DNA of 63,271 nt, filler included, from Globobulimina sp. (GCA_003354225.1; 20 parts of 20 records of this genome joined end to end with filler, not necessarily neighbours in it), one strand, 5' to 3'. Counted from the whole stretch's first letter, positions 45,141 to 57,896 are shown. Numbers and translations: made by a program. Notes: a model not told the origin generated them from the sequence alone.

Positions 45141-47032
45141 ATGTCGACAGACCTCATCAAATCAGCAGCGAAGTTTCTTCAAACGCCAGCAAAACCAGAG
45201 AGAAGATTAGAAGAGAAAATTCGCTTTTTAATCAAAGAGAAAAACTTGACACAATTTCAATTGATTGCAGCATTAAAACAAGCCAACCTGTACAACATTG
45301 AAACGATTGAACCAATATTAACCATGTGTTATTTTGAACAAAATGAAAAATTAAGAAAAAAATCAAAAACAAAGCAAAACATTCCTAAGCAACAACCATC
45401 GTCGTCACCACCACAACAACAACAACCAGCACCACCACCATCAGCATCATCATGGTCTCCGTGGTGGTCCTCAATAGCAACACTCGGCGTAGGTGTCACC
45501 TCATTCATTGCATCATACACAGTGTCGACCACAGCGTCTCAAAACATCTTAAAAAAATCAGAAGAAAAAGTGTCGCAGCAATTAGACAGTGTAAAAACAG
45601 AGATTAAAGAACAGGCAGATTTAGATCGTGAACGTCAGCATCGGGATTTAATGGAAGTTGTAAATTTATTAAAAACGCAGGTTCAATGTGTACAGCAAAA
45701 CTTAGGTGTTTTAAAACAAAGCATCGAAGTCATTCAAACGCAAATGAAGTATAACAATATGAACATAGATGCACAGAATGCCGCTTCTATGATCATGCAA
45801 AATAAGTTAAAAACACTTGTTTTTTTTATATAACAAAACAAATAGAAATAAATAACAGAAATATGAGAGGGAGCACCGGCACAGGCGATGATGGCAGCGT
45901 TGTGTCGTCGGGCTTATCCCACTCGAATATCAATGAAAATAAACCCAATTTAGGCGGAATTGGTCATTTATTATCGCAGGATGACGATGGTTTGGATTGG
46001 CTAAATACGGACATTGTGACCAGTAATATGGACGAAAAAAAGGAAGTGAATGAGACCAGCGGTGATAACAAAGAGGAGATTGATGTTGATATAGATATAG
46101 ATGTTGTGAGTGAGAGTGACATTATTTATCATATGGACTATAAGGATATGATAGTAACGTTACCGACCGATATTATTGAGATCAAACAGGAATTGACGCT
46201 GTTATTAAGACAATGGCAGAGTATGGTATTGGATGAAGGGAACGAATTATCGATTGAGCGGATAAAATCTGGATTTAATGCATTGATTTTGTACATTAAT
46301 AAGATATTAAAGACCCCGTTGATGAGACATCCGCGGAAAATAAATACGTATAATAAGCAATATAAGGAGAGATTGAGTACGTTGCCCGACATTGATAAGT
46401 TATTGGCGCTGATTGGATTTGAGAGAGATAATGTTTTTTGGACATTGCCCTTGTTGTATGATGAAAAAGACGAAGGGAAAAAGGATGAGAAAGCGAAAGC
46501 CATTCATGATAAACAGATTGTGTTTTTAACTGCGTTTAAGGACGTTTTAGCGAATTTATTCAATGTGGACGGCAGTTTACCCTTTGGATTAAGTGAAGGG
46601 ATTACCAAAATTAAAGAGGAGAAAATTAAAAAGGAAAAAGAGAGTGAGAATAAGGATATTATAAATGATAAGGATACGGATAATGTGGAAGCTCCAAAGA
46701 CTGAGTATTCGAATAAGTTTATGGAAATTGCTAAGTTGGTGCAACAAGGCAAGAAACCAGATGATGTGCAAGAAATTGATGATATGCCACCGGATCCTAA
46801 TGCACCACCAAGTGAATCGAAAATGGAACAACAAAAAAAACCATTTGAAACGGAGAATAAGGACAATGCTGATGAGGATAATGAGAAACAACTCAAACAA
46901 GAGGTAGATGATAATAAGAGTGGATTGAGCTGGTTTGAAAAGTATGAAGCAAATATAAATGAACCTAAAAAGAGTGATCATGTAAAAGAAGTAGATGCAG
47001 TTAATAAGGATGATAATAACAATGATATTTAA
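45141..47032 (+). CDS. PEX14: Peroxin-14 with internal PUB domain, 2 exons
   Basis: Pex14_N: LIKSAAKFLQTP..KIRFLIKEKNLT..AL; then Pro-rich, TM and coiled-coil segments. Phase-2 intron 45806-45858. PUB-like YINKILKTP..RKINTYNKQYKERL..LLALIGF. C-terminal FMEIAKLVQQGK..EIDDMPPDPN..KKPFE (KPWE-type). Confidence 0.85.
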
Positions 47033-47541
47033 ATTGTGTTTGATCTGATTGCATCATTAAATTTTGTTCATTATACACACCAAATTAAACCCTTCAAAAA
47101 TCTCAGAAAACTGTAGTACAAAAAAACAAACTTTTATAAGCATGTCAGCCTCCTCAAGAAGTCAAGTAATGCAGAAGTCTACTATATGAAAAAGTACGAT
47201 CCTGACGACCCACTCAACTGCATTTTGGAGAATACTCATGATAATGAAGGCCGAACCTACGTTTGGGGACTCTTCAAACTAATCTTCAAGCAAGAGAAAT
47301 TACCATTTACTAAATTCTCAAAACGCGATGTAGTATCTTTCTGGGTTTATGCATGGAAGAGCTTCTACAACAGAACCCAAGGCCACGACGACCTATCATA
47401 CAGAGAGCTACAAGACATCAAATTGAAACAAGGCGAAAGTTNNNNNNNNNNNNNNNNNNNNNNNNNNNNNNNNNNNNNNNNNNNNTTAATTAATTAANNN
47501 NNNNNNNNNNNNNNNNNNNNNNNNNNNNNNNNNNNNNNNNN

Positions 47542-48115
47542 TTAAAATTTTGGCTTTAATTTGAAAAAATATTTGCTTAGATTCCAGTGCTGAGATCCCT
47601 TTAATATTACATATTGAACAAAACTGAGCTGCGTCAACTTTGTTAAATTTATCAAAACTAATATCATTTGCTGTTAATGATTCTCGCAATACAACGTCAT
47701 CAAAGACATCCGCAGCTGCGGTGGTATCACGTGAACTTAGTTCCATATAAATTTCTTTAATGATAAAATCCATAAACTCATCGTTGCTCATATTTTTAAT
47801 TGGGTTTAAAGGCATATTCTCAAATGGTATCCATTTTAAATATTTTGATGGGTCGAAAATAAATGTTATTATAATTTGGGAGATGTGTTGATAAAAATAT
47901 TTGTTTAATGCAGTGAAATATTTTTTAAATTCATATTGATGGATTGACTGATTTGGTGATGTTATCCATAATGATATAGCAACGCATAGATTCATTAGTT
48001 TATCCTCAGGTTGATACGGATAATTGTTTGTTGTAAATGCATTGTATAATACTGTTGAATATTCAAATACGTTTAAATCAATTTGGATCATAGCGTGTAG
48101 GCTGACAGCGTACAT
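47542..48115 (-). CDS. Fragment of an uncharacterised protein
   Basis: ~190-aa open frame running into the spacer and bounded upstream by a GTAC-rich repeat. Confidence 0.4.
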
Positions 48116-48304
48116 TGTACGTACAGTGTACGTACATAGTACGTACTAGGTACGGTCTATGTATGTACACGTATGTACGCTTGTACGGGCTATGTACGTA
48201 CATGCACATTCCATGTACGTGCAGACACGTACACACGTGTACGTACATAAACGTACATGAAATTCCTTGTACGTGCAGACAGGGTACGTACTATGTACGT
48301 ACAG
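48108..48304. repeat. GTAC/TGTACGTACA-rich self-complementary low-complexity tract
   Basis: Dense TGTACGT, GTAC and ACGT palindromic words; followed by (AAAGTCTC)x3 at ~48349-48378. Confidence 0.85.
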
Positions 48305-48388
48305 ACTAGGGTTTTTTTGACAAGGCTAAATAAATCAAAGTTTCAAATAAAGTCTCAAAGTCTCAAAGTCTCAAAGTCTAAAAAAGAA

Positions 48389-49501
48389 TCAAATGATAGG
48401 CTGCTGGCTAGGCTGGATAGGCTGATCAATGACCGGCTGAACCACATTGAAATTAAATATTTTAGCACCATTTGGTTTATATCCTTTTATGAATGCGCTC
48501 GCTGCTGCGACAATATCAGACATCTTTGATTTCAACACACTTTCAACAAATATTTTTTTTGAAAATCCAATATTTGATCTATCAATATAAATACCATCCG
48601 CATTCTCAATGTAATATAATAATCCCATTGCTGCTTTATATGAGGATTTTGCCACACTCATAGATTGCCCGGCTTTATCATATCCCATAACACCTGCGGC
48701 ATGTACCACTTTTACATTCTCATAAAATAATTTCACACCAATCATTTGTGTTAGGTTTGGTTTGGCCAAAACACCGGCTCTGATTACAATACCTGGTACA
48801 AACACCGGAGGCAATATTGGCATTGCATTATTGTTATTATTTGCCATTGGATACGGCGTTGGCATATTATTATTGTTTTTGTTTGCCACTGGAAAGGGCG
48901 TAGGCATATTATTGTTGTTATTGTTTGCCGCTGGATACGGCCAAGTATTATTCGCTTGTGTTTCTATGGTGGCTCGTGATGGACCATACGTTTGATGCGT
49001 TGGTGATGGCAATGGTGCGTACATTGCTTTTGTTGATGAGGTGGATGACGTTGGTGATGGCAATGGTGATGATGATGGTACTGCTAATGTGTTATTTGAT
49101 GGGCATAGGATACTCTGTACCGCTCCGAGTCCACCACCACCACTGTTATTTTTATTTAATATATTACTTAACACAGTCCTTTGTTGCTGTGTGTTTTGTT
49201 GCTGATATGCATGATCTGAATCAGATTTGGCCTCTGGTTCAGATTTAAAATGAAAATGTGCGCCAACATTATCCTTCCACCATTTGCGAGTCACCAAAAT
49301 AATTTTGAGAGAAACATGATATTGCGCCTCAGTGCTTTTTTTGGTGGCTTTTGCATTCCAAATAATTGTTTTGTTTCTGTTGCGTGCCTCCTCGTCAGAC
49401 AACACCACCATAACTTTGCCTGTTATCCGTTTTCGATTTGGATCCAAATAAAGAAAGAATAAAACCATTATTATTGAAAGAAAAAAATAAAGAAACTGCA
49501 C
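48389..49501 (-). CDS. Uncharacterised protein with Ser/Pro/Asn-rich repeats (5' boundary uncertain)
   Basis: Three NNNNMPxPxP-like repeats; the ORF 5' end looks intronic (T-rich). Confidence 0.55.
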   Translation of the reverse strand: MQFLYFFLSIIMVLFFLYLDPNRKRITGKVMVVLSDEEARNRNKTIIWNAKATKKSTEAQYHVSLKIILVTRKWWKDNVGAHFHFKSEPEAKSDSDHAYQQQNTQQQRTVLSNILNKNNSGGGGLGAVQSILCPSNNTLAVPSSSPLPSPTSSTSSTKAMYAPLPSPTHQTYGPSRATIETQANNTWPYPAANNNNNNMPTPFPVANKNNNNMPTPYPMANNNNNAMPILPPVFVPGIVIRAGVLAKPNLTQMIGVKLFYENVKVVHAAGVMGYDKAGQSMSVAKSSYKAAMGLLYYIENADGIYIDRSNIGFSKKIFVESVLKSKMSDIVAAASAFIKGYKPNGAKIFNFNVVQPVIDQPIQPSQQPII

Positions 49502-49613
49502 TTGATGAAAAAATTATAATTCCATGGCAATAACAACGGAATTAATCAACGCCTTAATTTGTAAAGCTTGTTATATATTTTTGTTTGCACTGTACATATT
49601 ATAATTATATATA

Positions 49614-49720
49614 CTTTAACGAAATATTCGATCCAAAAGATAACCGTTTGTATACCGAAAATTCAATTATAAATTTGTTCTGACTTTGTTCTGGATTTGC
49701 AAACCCAATTAAGACAAAGT
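49614..49720. repeat. Dispersed repeat, copy 2 (matches 18331-18450)
   Basis: Same 47-bp exact core at 49662-49708. Confidence 0.9.
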
Positions 49721-50708
49721 TATAACAAACACAAGACGAACCTATAGCAAAGCTGCCCCTTTAGAACAAGAGTTGGAATTAATTGAATTTTTTGGCCATT
49801 ATCTTTTTCCTGCTTTTTTTGTTGGGTCCATTCTAAATTTAGATCAATGTTTGTTTGCCTTTTTTAATTTCCTACAAAGGAGATGAAACTGAACAAACCA
49901 GTACTAATCCCAAACCAACCCTAAATATATCGTTTTTAGATCGTAAATAATATCATTTGCAAAAAACAAAACGTTTCAGACCAAGTTGGTACTACCAACG
50001 ATGAATTCATTGAATTGTGAATATTTCAATCAGCGAAGGAATTTCATCAATTATTGGGAAATAATGGCATGAATAGTACATTTCGCCACTAATAATATAT
50101 TCTGTCTGCAGTGGCATATGTGTGTTATGTTTTGTTTTCTTCCCATAATATTTCCAACTGTGGGAACATCTATTTATACATCATCATGTTTTGGAAATTA
50201 CATTGGAATCGTAAGCAGTTGCAAATTCCTCGGGATCCATAAATTTTTCATACTCTCCCATACACTGCAGACACAACTATCGAGCGAATTTATTGTGGTG
50301 AGCGATTAACTCCAAAAGTTGAAGTCCGATCACCTAATTTTCATTGTGATGGCGCACTGCCTGCTAACAAAAATTTAAAAGGTGCAGTTTGAAAATAACC
50401 GACCCGACGATGATTTAAATCATTCATTCATTCAGATCAAAACTTAAATTAATATGGAAAGTAATAACAAACAAAATTTAGTCATCAACATCATCTGTGA
50501 CAGTGACAGGAACTAACTCCGTTGTCTTTGCGTGTGGAGCATCCTTTGGGATCGGATTAAATTGCTTGATATGTGGTGTTGCCTGAGGCCTTAACTTTGC
50601 ATGTCTCGNNNNNNNNNNNNNNNNNNNNNNNNNNNNNNNNNNNNNNNNNNNNTTAATTAATTAANNNNNNNNNNNNNNNNNNNNNNNNNNNNNNNNNNNN
50701 NNNNNNNN

Positions 50709-51575
50709 GAAACTGTATAATAATTATGCCGGAAAACATAGAAAACAAACATAAAAAACATTGAAAAGTAACTGTCATTGACTGTGTGTTGCCGTATAAT
50801 CAATCCGAGTATGGAACTGGTTAATAAATATCCGAGAATACCAATTAAAAGGAAATCAATGGCTAAGAATGCCCAGGAAACATCGAGATATATTCGTGAG
50901 TCAGTTTTTTTATAATAAAAAATAATATAAATTGACAGTAATATTATCTGAACCACTATCATGACAGCAAACATTCCAAATATCATATATTTCGTGATTT
51001 TATTAATTAAATTCTGCCTTTTGAACGATGTAAATACTTTGTAATAACGATAAACGAAAACGAAATATACAGACACTCGGCTTAAACACCTTTAAATAAT
51101 TAATTTGTAATATAAATATTTGCGATCTGGATATTAGGAATAAAGAAACATTAGAAACAAACCAGAATATATCCCAAGATATGCCAATCAAAGTAATATT
51201 ATCCGGATCATATTGAATATACCACACGTAATAATAAAATGGATCCAATATGTTCAGGATTAAATGGCATAACATGCAAAAAACAGTTAATGATACTGAA
51301 ATTGTTTCGGCTTTTAATTTGCCTTTTTTATAACGAGAATAAAGCTGAAACAACACAAAAACTGAAATAATGACTGAGATGATGGCACATAAAATGGATT
51401 CAGTGAAGAATATTGGATTAACCACATCCATATCATATGGTGGTTTCCATGGGGATGGTGGAAATGTTCCGTTGTATGTCCCGTTATATGTCCCGTTATA
51501 ATAATTTGGCCAATATGAGTATTCGTAATAATAATCATAATAATGTTCCAAATAATCGTAATATGTGTAAGTCAT
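50709..51575 (-). CDS. 7TM (GPCR-like) protein, 3'-truncated
   Basis: Tyr-rich N-terminus with NGT glycosylation repeats. Intron 51090-51162 gives WDIFWCLSRVSVYFVFVYRYY. Five TMs are visible. Confidence 0.7.
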
Positions 51576-51679
51576 TTGCCAGTGTTTCGCTGCAAGAGGT
51601 AGTGACAATACTGAGAAAATAATAAATATCAAGGCTGAAAAAAAAAGTTTACACCACAAAAACATTTTCAGTGTCTAAC

Positions 51680-53506
51680 ATGTCATCAATTTGGTTAATC
51701 TGTCTAATATTCATTAATGCACTGTGCACACAAAATATCCCCATCCTCCAAGACAGTGAAACTTGGAATGATGATTACATCACTGGTGTTAATGGCTGGT
51801 CATATGGATCAGATGTTTCTCCAATCATAGTTGGGTCTGATCGAAGATATCATGGATGGTTTTACGGATTGTATGGATGGCAATACTATGGTTACTTTTA
51901 CAGGCAATTTCAATGTGAATATACATCCATCGTTACAATATCTTTTAATGCATATTTTGGGTGTCACTATGACGACATTATCGACGGAGCTATATTGTAT
52001 ATTAATGAAAACACACTTGAATTTCTAATAAATGATAATCAGCGTATTAACTTTACTGATTCCATTGCATTTAACACATCGAGCCAATGTATCATTGACC
52101 CCCAGAGACTTACCGCATTCACAGCAGACACTCAATCCATTGAAATCGGAGCGTATACAAGCTTTGATGTTGGATTCAGAATGAAAATTCAAGGGCATAG
52201 TTTACTGTCAGGCTTTGCAGCAATATCTGATGTCCAAATAACTTGCAACAAAGTAGATATCAATCGGCAATCACCGGATCCTGCTCCAAATACACCTACA
52301 CCAACCATTGTAACCATAGCAGATCCAACTGACAATATTGCCTGCTCTTCGATGGATGATCATGATTTAACATGTATTAATAACAATAACTGTGCTTGGA
52401 ATTATGATTGTATTGTACAACATCCATTTGATCTCATCCCTGCGCCATCCAGTCTGACCTATTATGGTATGCATAGCATTACAAATATATTAGCAGCAGC
52501 ATTATGTCCAAGCAGGGATATTACTTTTACACCAACATTAAACCCGGAAACGTTGTCGACAACGGCAACGCCAACAATATCTGCGTCTGGCTCTGAGATT
52601 GAAATCGTTTTTGCATTTAATATGACAAATATTACCGCTGAAATAACAGACACAATTTTAACTGTGGTTGCTCTTCACGGAGAGTTGGACAAAGATGAAA
52701 TTAATGTCATTGTTTCAAAGAATACAGTAATAATCATAGTAAACGGCGACGAGGAACAAATCAGTGGTCTTGAAGAGTCAGTGAATAATGGTGATTTTGA
52801 GCGGGAAATACACGAAGAAACTGGAGAAACAGCAATAATTACTATAACTAAAACAGATTATGCATCAACGGAAGAAGAGCAAGATTTTGAATTAAAGTAT
52901 TTAATTATTGGTCTAATTATATCCATATCAGTATTAACCTGTGTTATCATTATTGTATCGTCAGTTTGTTTTTATTGTTTATTCGTCAAAAAACAAACAC
53001 ACAACACTGGCGATTTGGCCTTTACTCCAAAAACAGAAGCATTAAAACAGCAGAAATATAATAATATTGATCAAGACGTGGATCATCAGAAAAAGATATC
53101 AATTCATTCGAGGACTGGGTGTTCAATGGATATGAATATGAATAACATACCAGTTTATAGAAACGAAATTATTACATTCCAGCAATCGCAAAACAACATG
53201 CATTTGAGACAAATAACCGGTGAATATGATCATGGAATGGGTTTGCCAACAAATGATCATGACAGTGATGAAGATATATATCTTAAACCATGCAGTATTA
53301 ATACACATATCCAAACCAACAGTACCGACTCATCAACGTTAACAAGCAATGGAAGGTATGGCGAATTTAACAAATTGTATTCTGCAGCAATAATTAACGG
53401 AGAAATAGCAAAACAACCTATTGATCTGAGCGAATCAGGTGATGATACTGATAATATGGAACAAATGTATGTCAATAACAAACCCAACAAAACAAAAGGA
53501 AACTGA
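51680..53506 (+). CDS. Type I membrane protein with beta-rich ectodomain and PT stretches
   Basis: Signal peptide, Cys pairs, TPTP motifs, TM (YLIIGLIISISVLTCVIIIV) and a polar cytoplasmic tail. Confidence 0.8.
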   Translation: MSSIWLICLIFINALCTQNIPILQDSETWNDDYITGVNGWSYGSDVSPIIVGSDRRYHGWFYGLYGWQYYGYFYRQFQCEYTSIVTISFNAYFGCHYDDIIDGAILYINENTLEFLINDNQRINFTDSIAFNTSSQCIIDPQRLTAFTADTQSIEIGAYTSFDVGFRMKIQGHSLLSGFAAISDVQITCNKVDINRQSPDPAPNTPTPTIVTIADPTDNIACSSMDDHDLTCINNNNCAWNYDCIVQHPFDLIPAPSSLTYYGMHSITNILAAALCPSRDITFTPTLNPETLSTTATPTISASGSEIEIVFAFNMTNITAEITDTILTVVALHGELDKDEINVIVSKNTVIIIVNGDEEQISGLEESVNNGDFEREIHEETGETAIITITKTDYASTEEEQDFELKYLIIGLIISISVLTCVIIIVSSVCFYCLFVKKQTHNTGDLAFTPKTEALKQQKYNNIDQDVDHQKKISIHSRTGCSMDMNMNNIPVYRNEIITFQQSQNNMHLRQITGEYDHGMGLPTNDHDSDEDIYLKPCSINTHIQTNSTDSSTLTSNGRYGEFNKLYSAAIINGEIAKQPIDLSESGDDTDNMEQMYVNNKPNKTKGN

Positions 53507-54050
53507 TAATAATCATATTGTATTATATCAAACACGTCGTGGATTGTTGACTGATCCATGTGTTTGAACTTTGTGTTTGTGAAGAGTTTATCTCAATATT
53601 TAATTCCTTTCATATTTATAAATTATTTGTTAAAAAATGTTTTTTTTTCTGACTGTCAAACACTAGCAGTTTTTCTTGGCTTCTTACTGCATGTCACACA
53701 ATGAAAAGTCATTTTGTATCATTACCAGAATTGCCAGCAGAAGAACAAGAACGTTTCTCTGAATTAAAATCGCGNNNNNNNNNNNNNNNNNNNNNNNNNN
53801 NNNNNNNNNNNNNNNNNNTTAATTAATTAANNNNNNNNNNNNNNNNNNNNNNNNNNNNNNNNNNNNNNNNNNNNAGTATCGAGACATCCAATCCCTTTGG
53901 ATAGACATTCCAATAACTTATCCACTTCAAAACGATCCAATTGCTGAATTAAATATTCTAGCCTCTGTAACGCCATGTTTACTAAAAATAAAGTTTTCAA
54001 GTAGTTCACTTTAAAAAAAAATGTCATAAATCGTACATATTGTAACAATA

Positions 54051-54875
54051 TTAACAGCTGGATTCTGCGACAACATCCATGAGTTCTGCTGTTTGTGCGG
54101 AATCTCTCCTTTGTGTATGTATTAAATCCGTTTTTTTATTCCATGCGCATGCTACACAACGAAATTTAAATGTTGCTACGATACAAATTGCATTGATTAT
54201 GAGATCAACAGTGCTGAGATAGTGCGCATCGCTGCCAACAACACCAATCATCACCATCAGTACAATGGAACTTAATGTTGCAATAATTCCTGAAATCATT
54301 ACTTTCCGTCTGAATAAATTAATTTTTTCGTTCATTTTTGTGAGTCTGTACAGTCGCTTCAAATACATATATAGCAAAGAAAAAGTAAAAATTGTGTCCA
54401 ACACAAACAAAGAAATGTTGGCATATCGCATATATTGTATGTTGTTGTTAAACACCAACGGTCCGAATGTTCCGGGGACGTTCCTGTAGACGCATTGTTT
54501 GCTAGGTATATCATACTCGCTTCGTGTCATTATTCCCAATAAAATACCATATAAAATAAAGATATTTTGTAATACCAAAATTGTTTTATAAATACTAGAT
54601 TTTAAGTACAAAAACGAATGTTCTTCAAATGTACATTTGATTCTGTACAACATAAAGGTGAAAAATCCGCATCTGGCGAGGAAGAATGTGACACTTAATA
54701 CTTTGCCCAATATATTACAGATGGAATTGGTCATTTTGATGTGTATGAATGCAGAGAAAAAAAGCATTTGACATAAATAAAATTGCGAAAATGTAACACA
54801 AGTAAATGAGGACCAGAGTTCCAAATGATCGCAACATTTATTTGAATGTGTTTTGACTCTTTGTGATGTGGTCAC
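54051..54875 (-). CDS. 7TM (GPCR-like) protein (start uncertain)
   Basis: FMLYRIKCTF, LYMYLKRLY and VDLIINAICIVATF; same pattern as the genes at 33056 and 50709. Confidence 0.7.
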   Translation of the reverse strand: MTTSQRVKTHSNKCCDHLELWSSFTCVTFSQFYLCQMLFFSAFIHIKMTNSICNILGKVLSVTFFLARCGFFTFMLYRIKCTFEEHSFLYLKSSIYKTILVLQNIFILYGILLGIMTRSEYDIPSKQCVYRNVPGTFGPLVFNNNIQYMRYANISLFVLDTIFTFSLLYMYLKRLYRLTKMNEKINLFRRKVMISGIIATLSSIVLMVMIGVVGSDAHYLSTVDLIINAICIVATFKFRCVACAWNKKTDLIHTQRRDSAQTAELMDVVAESSC

Positions 54876-55188
54876 ACTTTGACTTTGCAGCCGGTGTAGT
54901 TATCTTTGGATTTATAATGTGCGGCTTGAGCGTGATATAATAATGGACAGTATAAAACAATGCATATAATTATTCCTATTATACACGAGCAAAGTTGAAT
55001 AAATATTAAAATTTCAGACAGATTGTTTAGTATGGCTGCCATGGTGATATTTCCTCTGCGATCATTACAGTTTTAATATGAGTGTGATAGAGGATGAGAA
55101 AAACAATTGTTTTATGTGTTACCAATTAGGATTTTCGGATTTTTAATAGTAATAAAATATTATTTGCAAGTACTAGTAATTAAAAAAC

Positions 55189-55629
55189 TTAATGATTAAC
55201 GTAAGGCGATTGTTTGTTGTTTGCATCAATAAAAGTTATCTCCGGCTGTTTTATGTTTTGTTGGACGCATTGAAGATTTCTGATCCATGCTAACATATCT
55301 TTGGTAGTTTCTGTTTGAAAGGTCCTTCCATTCTGTTCTGTGGATGATGACAATGAAAACTTCCTATTGGTATATGATACTTGTTTTACTTTATCATAAA
55401 TTTGTAAATCAAATATTTCTGACGCAGTTGCTGTGTCATTAACATATTTTTGGTTGAATGCATACAAATGATTCCCTTTTAAAACGAAATATTTCCTTCC
55501 TAGATCTTCGTACAAATATCCTTCCAAAAGTTTTGGTCGTTGGAAATTAATCACACCGTATAACCACCTACAGCCCAAATGATCCGATCGTTTCAACAAT
55601 GCTATCGATGCTTGTTTCCAACAGTTCAT
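55189..55629 (-). CDS. PH-domain protein
   Basis: EGYLY..RKYFVLKGNHLYAF..RTFQTET..MLAWIRNL. Confidence 0.75.
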   Translation of the reverse strand: MNCWKQASIALLKRSDHLGCRWLYGVINFQRPKLLEGYLYEDLGRKYFVLKGNHLYAFNQKYVNDTATASEIFDLQIYDKVKQVSYTNRKFSLSSSTEQNGRTFQTETTKDMLAWIRNLQCVQQNIKQPEITFIDANNKQSPYVNH

Positions 55630-56024
55630 TCTTCCAAAGAATTTTCTGGAAATCTTTGGTTATATTCAGTACTCTTACTTTCAAAAACTAGAAAACTGTT
55701 GAAAATTCATAAAAACAGACGAAACAACTGTTTACCTGGGAAGAGATTGCTACTATTTTGAAACAGAAAGTGTTACTACAAAGTTCACGGGAATATTATA
55801 ATAAATATGAATACAAAAAAAAGATTGAATGCAAATTGAAACAAAACAAAAACATTCCAAAAAGTACACAAATTGCGCGTAGATTTATAAATAAAATTGC
55901 GCGTAGATTTACATATTTAAGATGTTGCGTACGTAACATATACAAAAAAGAACATATTAAAACAATATATGTTACGTATTAAAACAAAGAATCAATATTT
56001 GGAAAATAGGACATATAATTTTGA

Positions 56025-56116
56025 CATTTATTGGCCATCGATATCATTTGGATCGTAATCCTGTGATACCCATTTATTGGGCATCGATATCATTTGGATC
56101 GTAGTCCTGTGATACC
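56025..56116. repeat. 46-bp tandem duplication covering a gene's stop codon
   Basis: 56025-56070 and 56071-56116 differ at 2 positions. Confidence 0.9.
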
Positions 56117-56940
56117 CACCAATTTTCTACCTCTACCTCATCAAACTCATCATATATATCACATATTTTTTTATGCGACGGTATATCATCAGTTTCACCA
56201 TAAAACCTAATCGGATTAAATGAATTTGGATTTGATTCATAAATAATCTCTTGCATTGCTTTAAATTTCATCAAATATACTTCTTTTAAAATATCTTCTT
56301 TTTTAACATTATATTTAGATTTAAAATCTTTTTTATTTTGCCAATAATCTGTATTCAAATTAAGTGGCTTATAATTTAAATCTGTTAATTGTTTGCTGAC
56401 AGAATACCAAAATGGTTCATCGCCATCGCCCAACAACCACAATATACGACATTGCGAATCTTTCCATTTTAATAATTCAATAAAAGAATTCATTTGCACT
56501 GTATCTAAATATATTAATATGTAGTGCAAATTGCAAAAGTTACATATATAAAATTACAAAGTGCGAAAAAAAAGTACACGCAAATTACAGAGTGACAGAC
56601 TGACAGTTATGAACCTGAAAAAAATGAAAGTTGAGAAGCAAAGCAATGCTGTAATTCATCAATATATTTCTTGGGATTATAAATCCACTTTTTTTTAAAT
56701 GGTAACAGTAACAGACATGTGTATAATGTATGAGACGGACATTCTTGCCAAGTTTGATAAAAACCAATTAAACTGACAAATACTATGCGTCTTTCATCAA
56801 ACGAATTGATATCAATCGTTTTCTCTTTATGTTGATTGGTGTGTTTATATTTTATTATAAAATCATCGTATGAATGCACGTTGGTCTTGCTTTTGCTTTT
56901 GCTGATTGTGTTAATTTTGGATTTTACAGATCTCCACAAA
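56074..56940 (-). CDS. Uncharacterised intron-containing protein (5'-truncated)
   Basis: Coding-like ORFs at 56074-56529 and 56607-56939, separated by intron-like sequence or frameshifts. Confidence 0.45.
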
Positions 56941-57040
56941 NNNNNNNNNNNNNNNNNNNNNNNNNNNNNNNNNNNNNNNNNNNNTTAATTAATTAANNNN
57001 NNNNNNNNNNNNNNNNNNNNNNNNNNNNNNNNNNNNNNNN

Positions 57041-57896
57041 TATCAGCTGTACTTCAGAGAATATTGTATTAAGAAAAGAGATTGAGTCTTTAAAAAAAGA
57101 ATTAAAAATATTAAGCAAAAGGAAAAAAAAATGTAAAAAATCAAAATCAAAACAGCTTAAATTAATATTACAAGACAAACAATTAAATAATTTATCCGAT
57201 ATAAGTACAGATATCGATTCATGTGAGATACAGGAAAATATTGCTATGCCATATTTAATGACATCCGTTTCTTCTGCATCAGTTCAATCAGCTCAATCAG
57301 CACAAGCATGCACATTATCATTGCCAGCTACACCCATACTACCCACAGAGAGGCTGAGTCTCCTTATTTTAAACCCAATCGCCGAAAGCAATGAAAACAG
57401 TGCGGATCAATATACCTTCAGTCCAATAACGCCAATAACGCCAATAATCAATGAAAGCAATAATAATTACGATATTCAGACTGATGAATGGGATGAGAGT
57501 GTTGCTACAATATCGCCACAAATGGCATCCACACCAAAAACAATTAATGGAAGTGTACATTTTGTGGTATGTCAGATTGAATATGAAATTTCAAATATTT
57601 TATGTTTCTTTGGTTTTTTTATATGTATATAGTCAGATATATCACTTGAGGCAGATGACGAAGATTCGGTTATTTCAATGAGTGGTGAATCAGAAAGTGA
57701 TTATTATGGCCAGCAGCCGCATGGAGATGGTGAGGTGTTTATGGATTATAGTGATTCGGATGTTGTGTTTGCACAGAAAAAAGCACCAATTGCAAATACT
57801 GATGAAAATAAATATGATTTTCCAAGAGCAATATCGGTTTTAAGTGAATTGTCAGATGTAGGACATGATACTGATGGCACATATTATTTTGATTAA
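57041..57896 (+). CDS. C-terminal part of a Ser/acidic low-complexity protein with a probable intron
   Basis: Coiled-coil start and S/T/P-rich ORF; GTATGT..ATAG intron-like segment at ~57567-57632. Confidence 0.5.

Noticed and set aside
25589-47032. Peroxisome/lipid gene cluster (TYSND1-like, MPO1, PEX14)
   Set aside because: The genes are on separate contigs; co-occurrence in the window is arbitrary.
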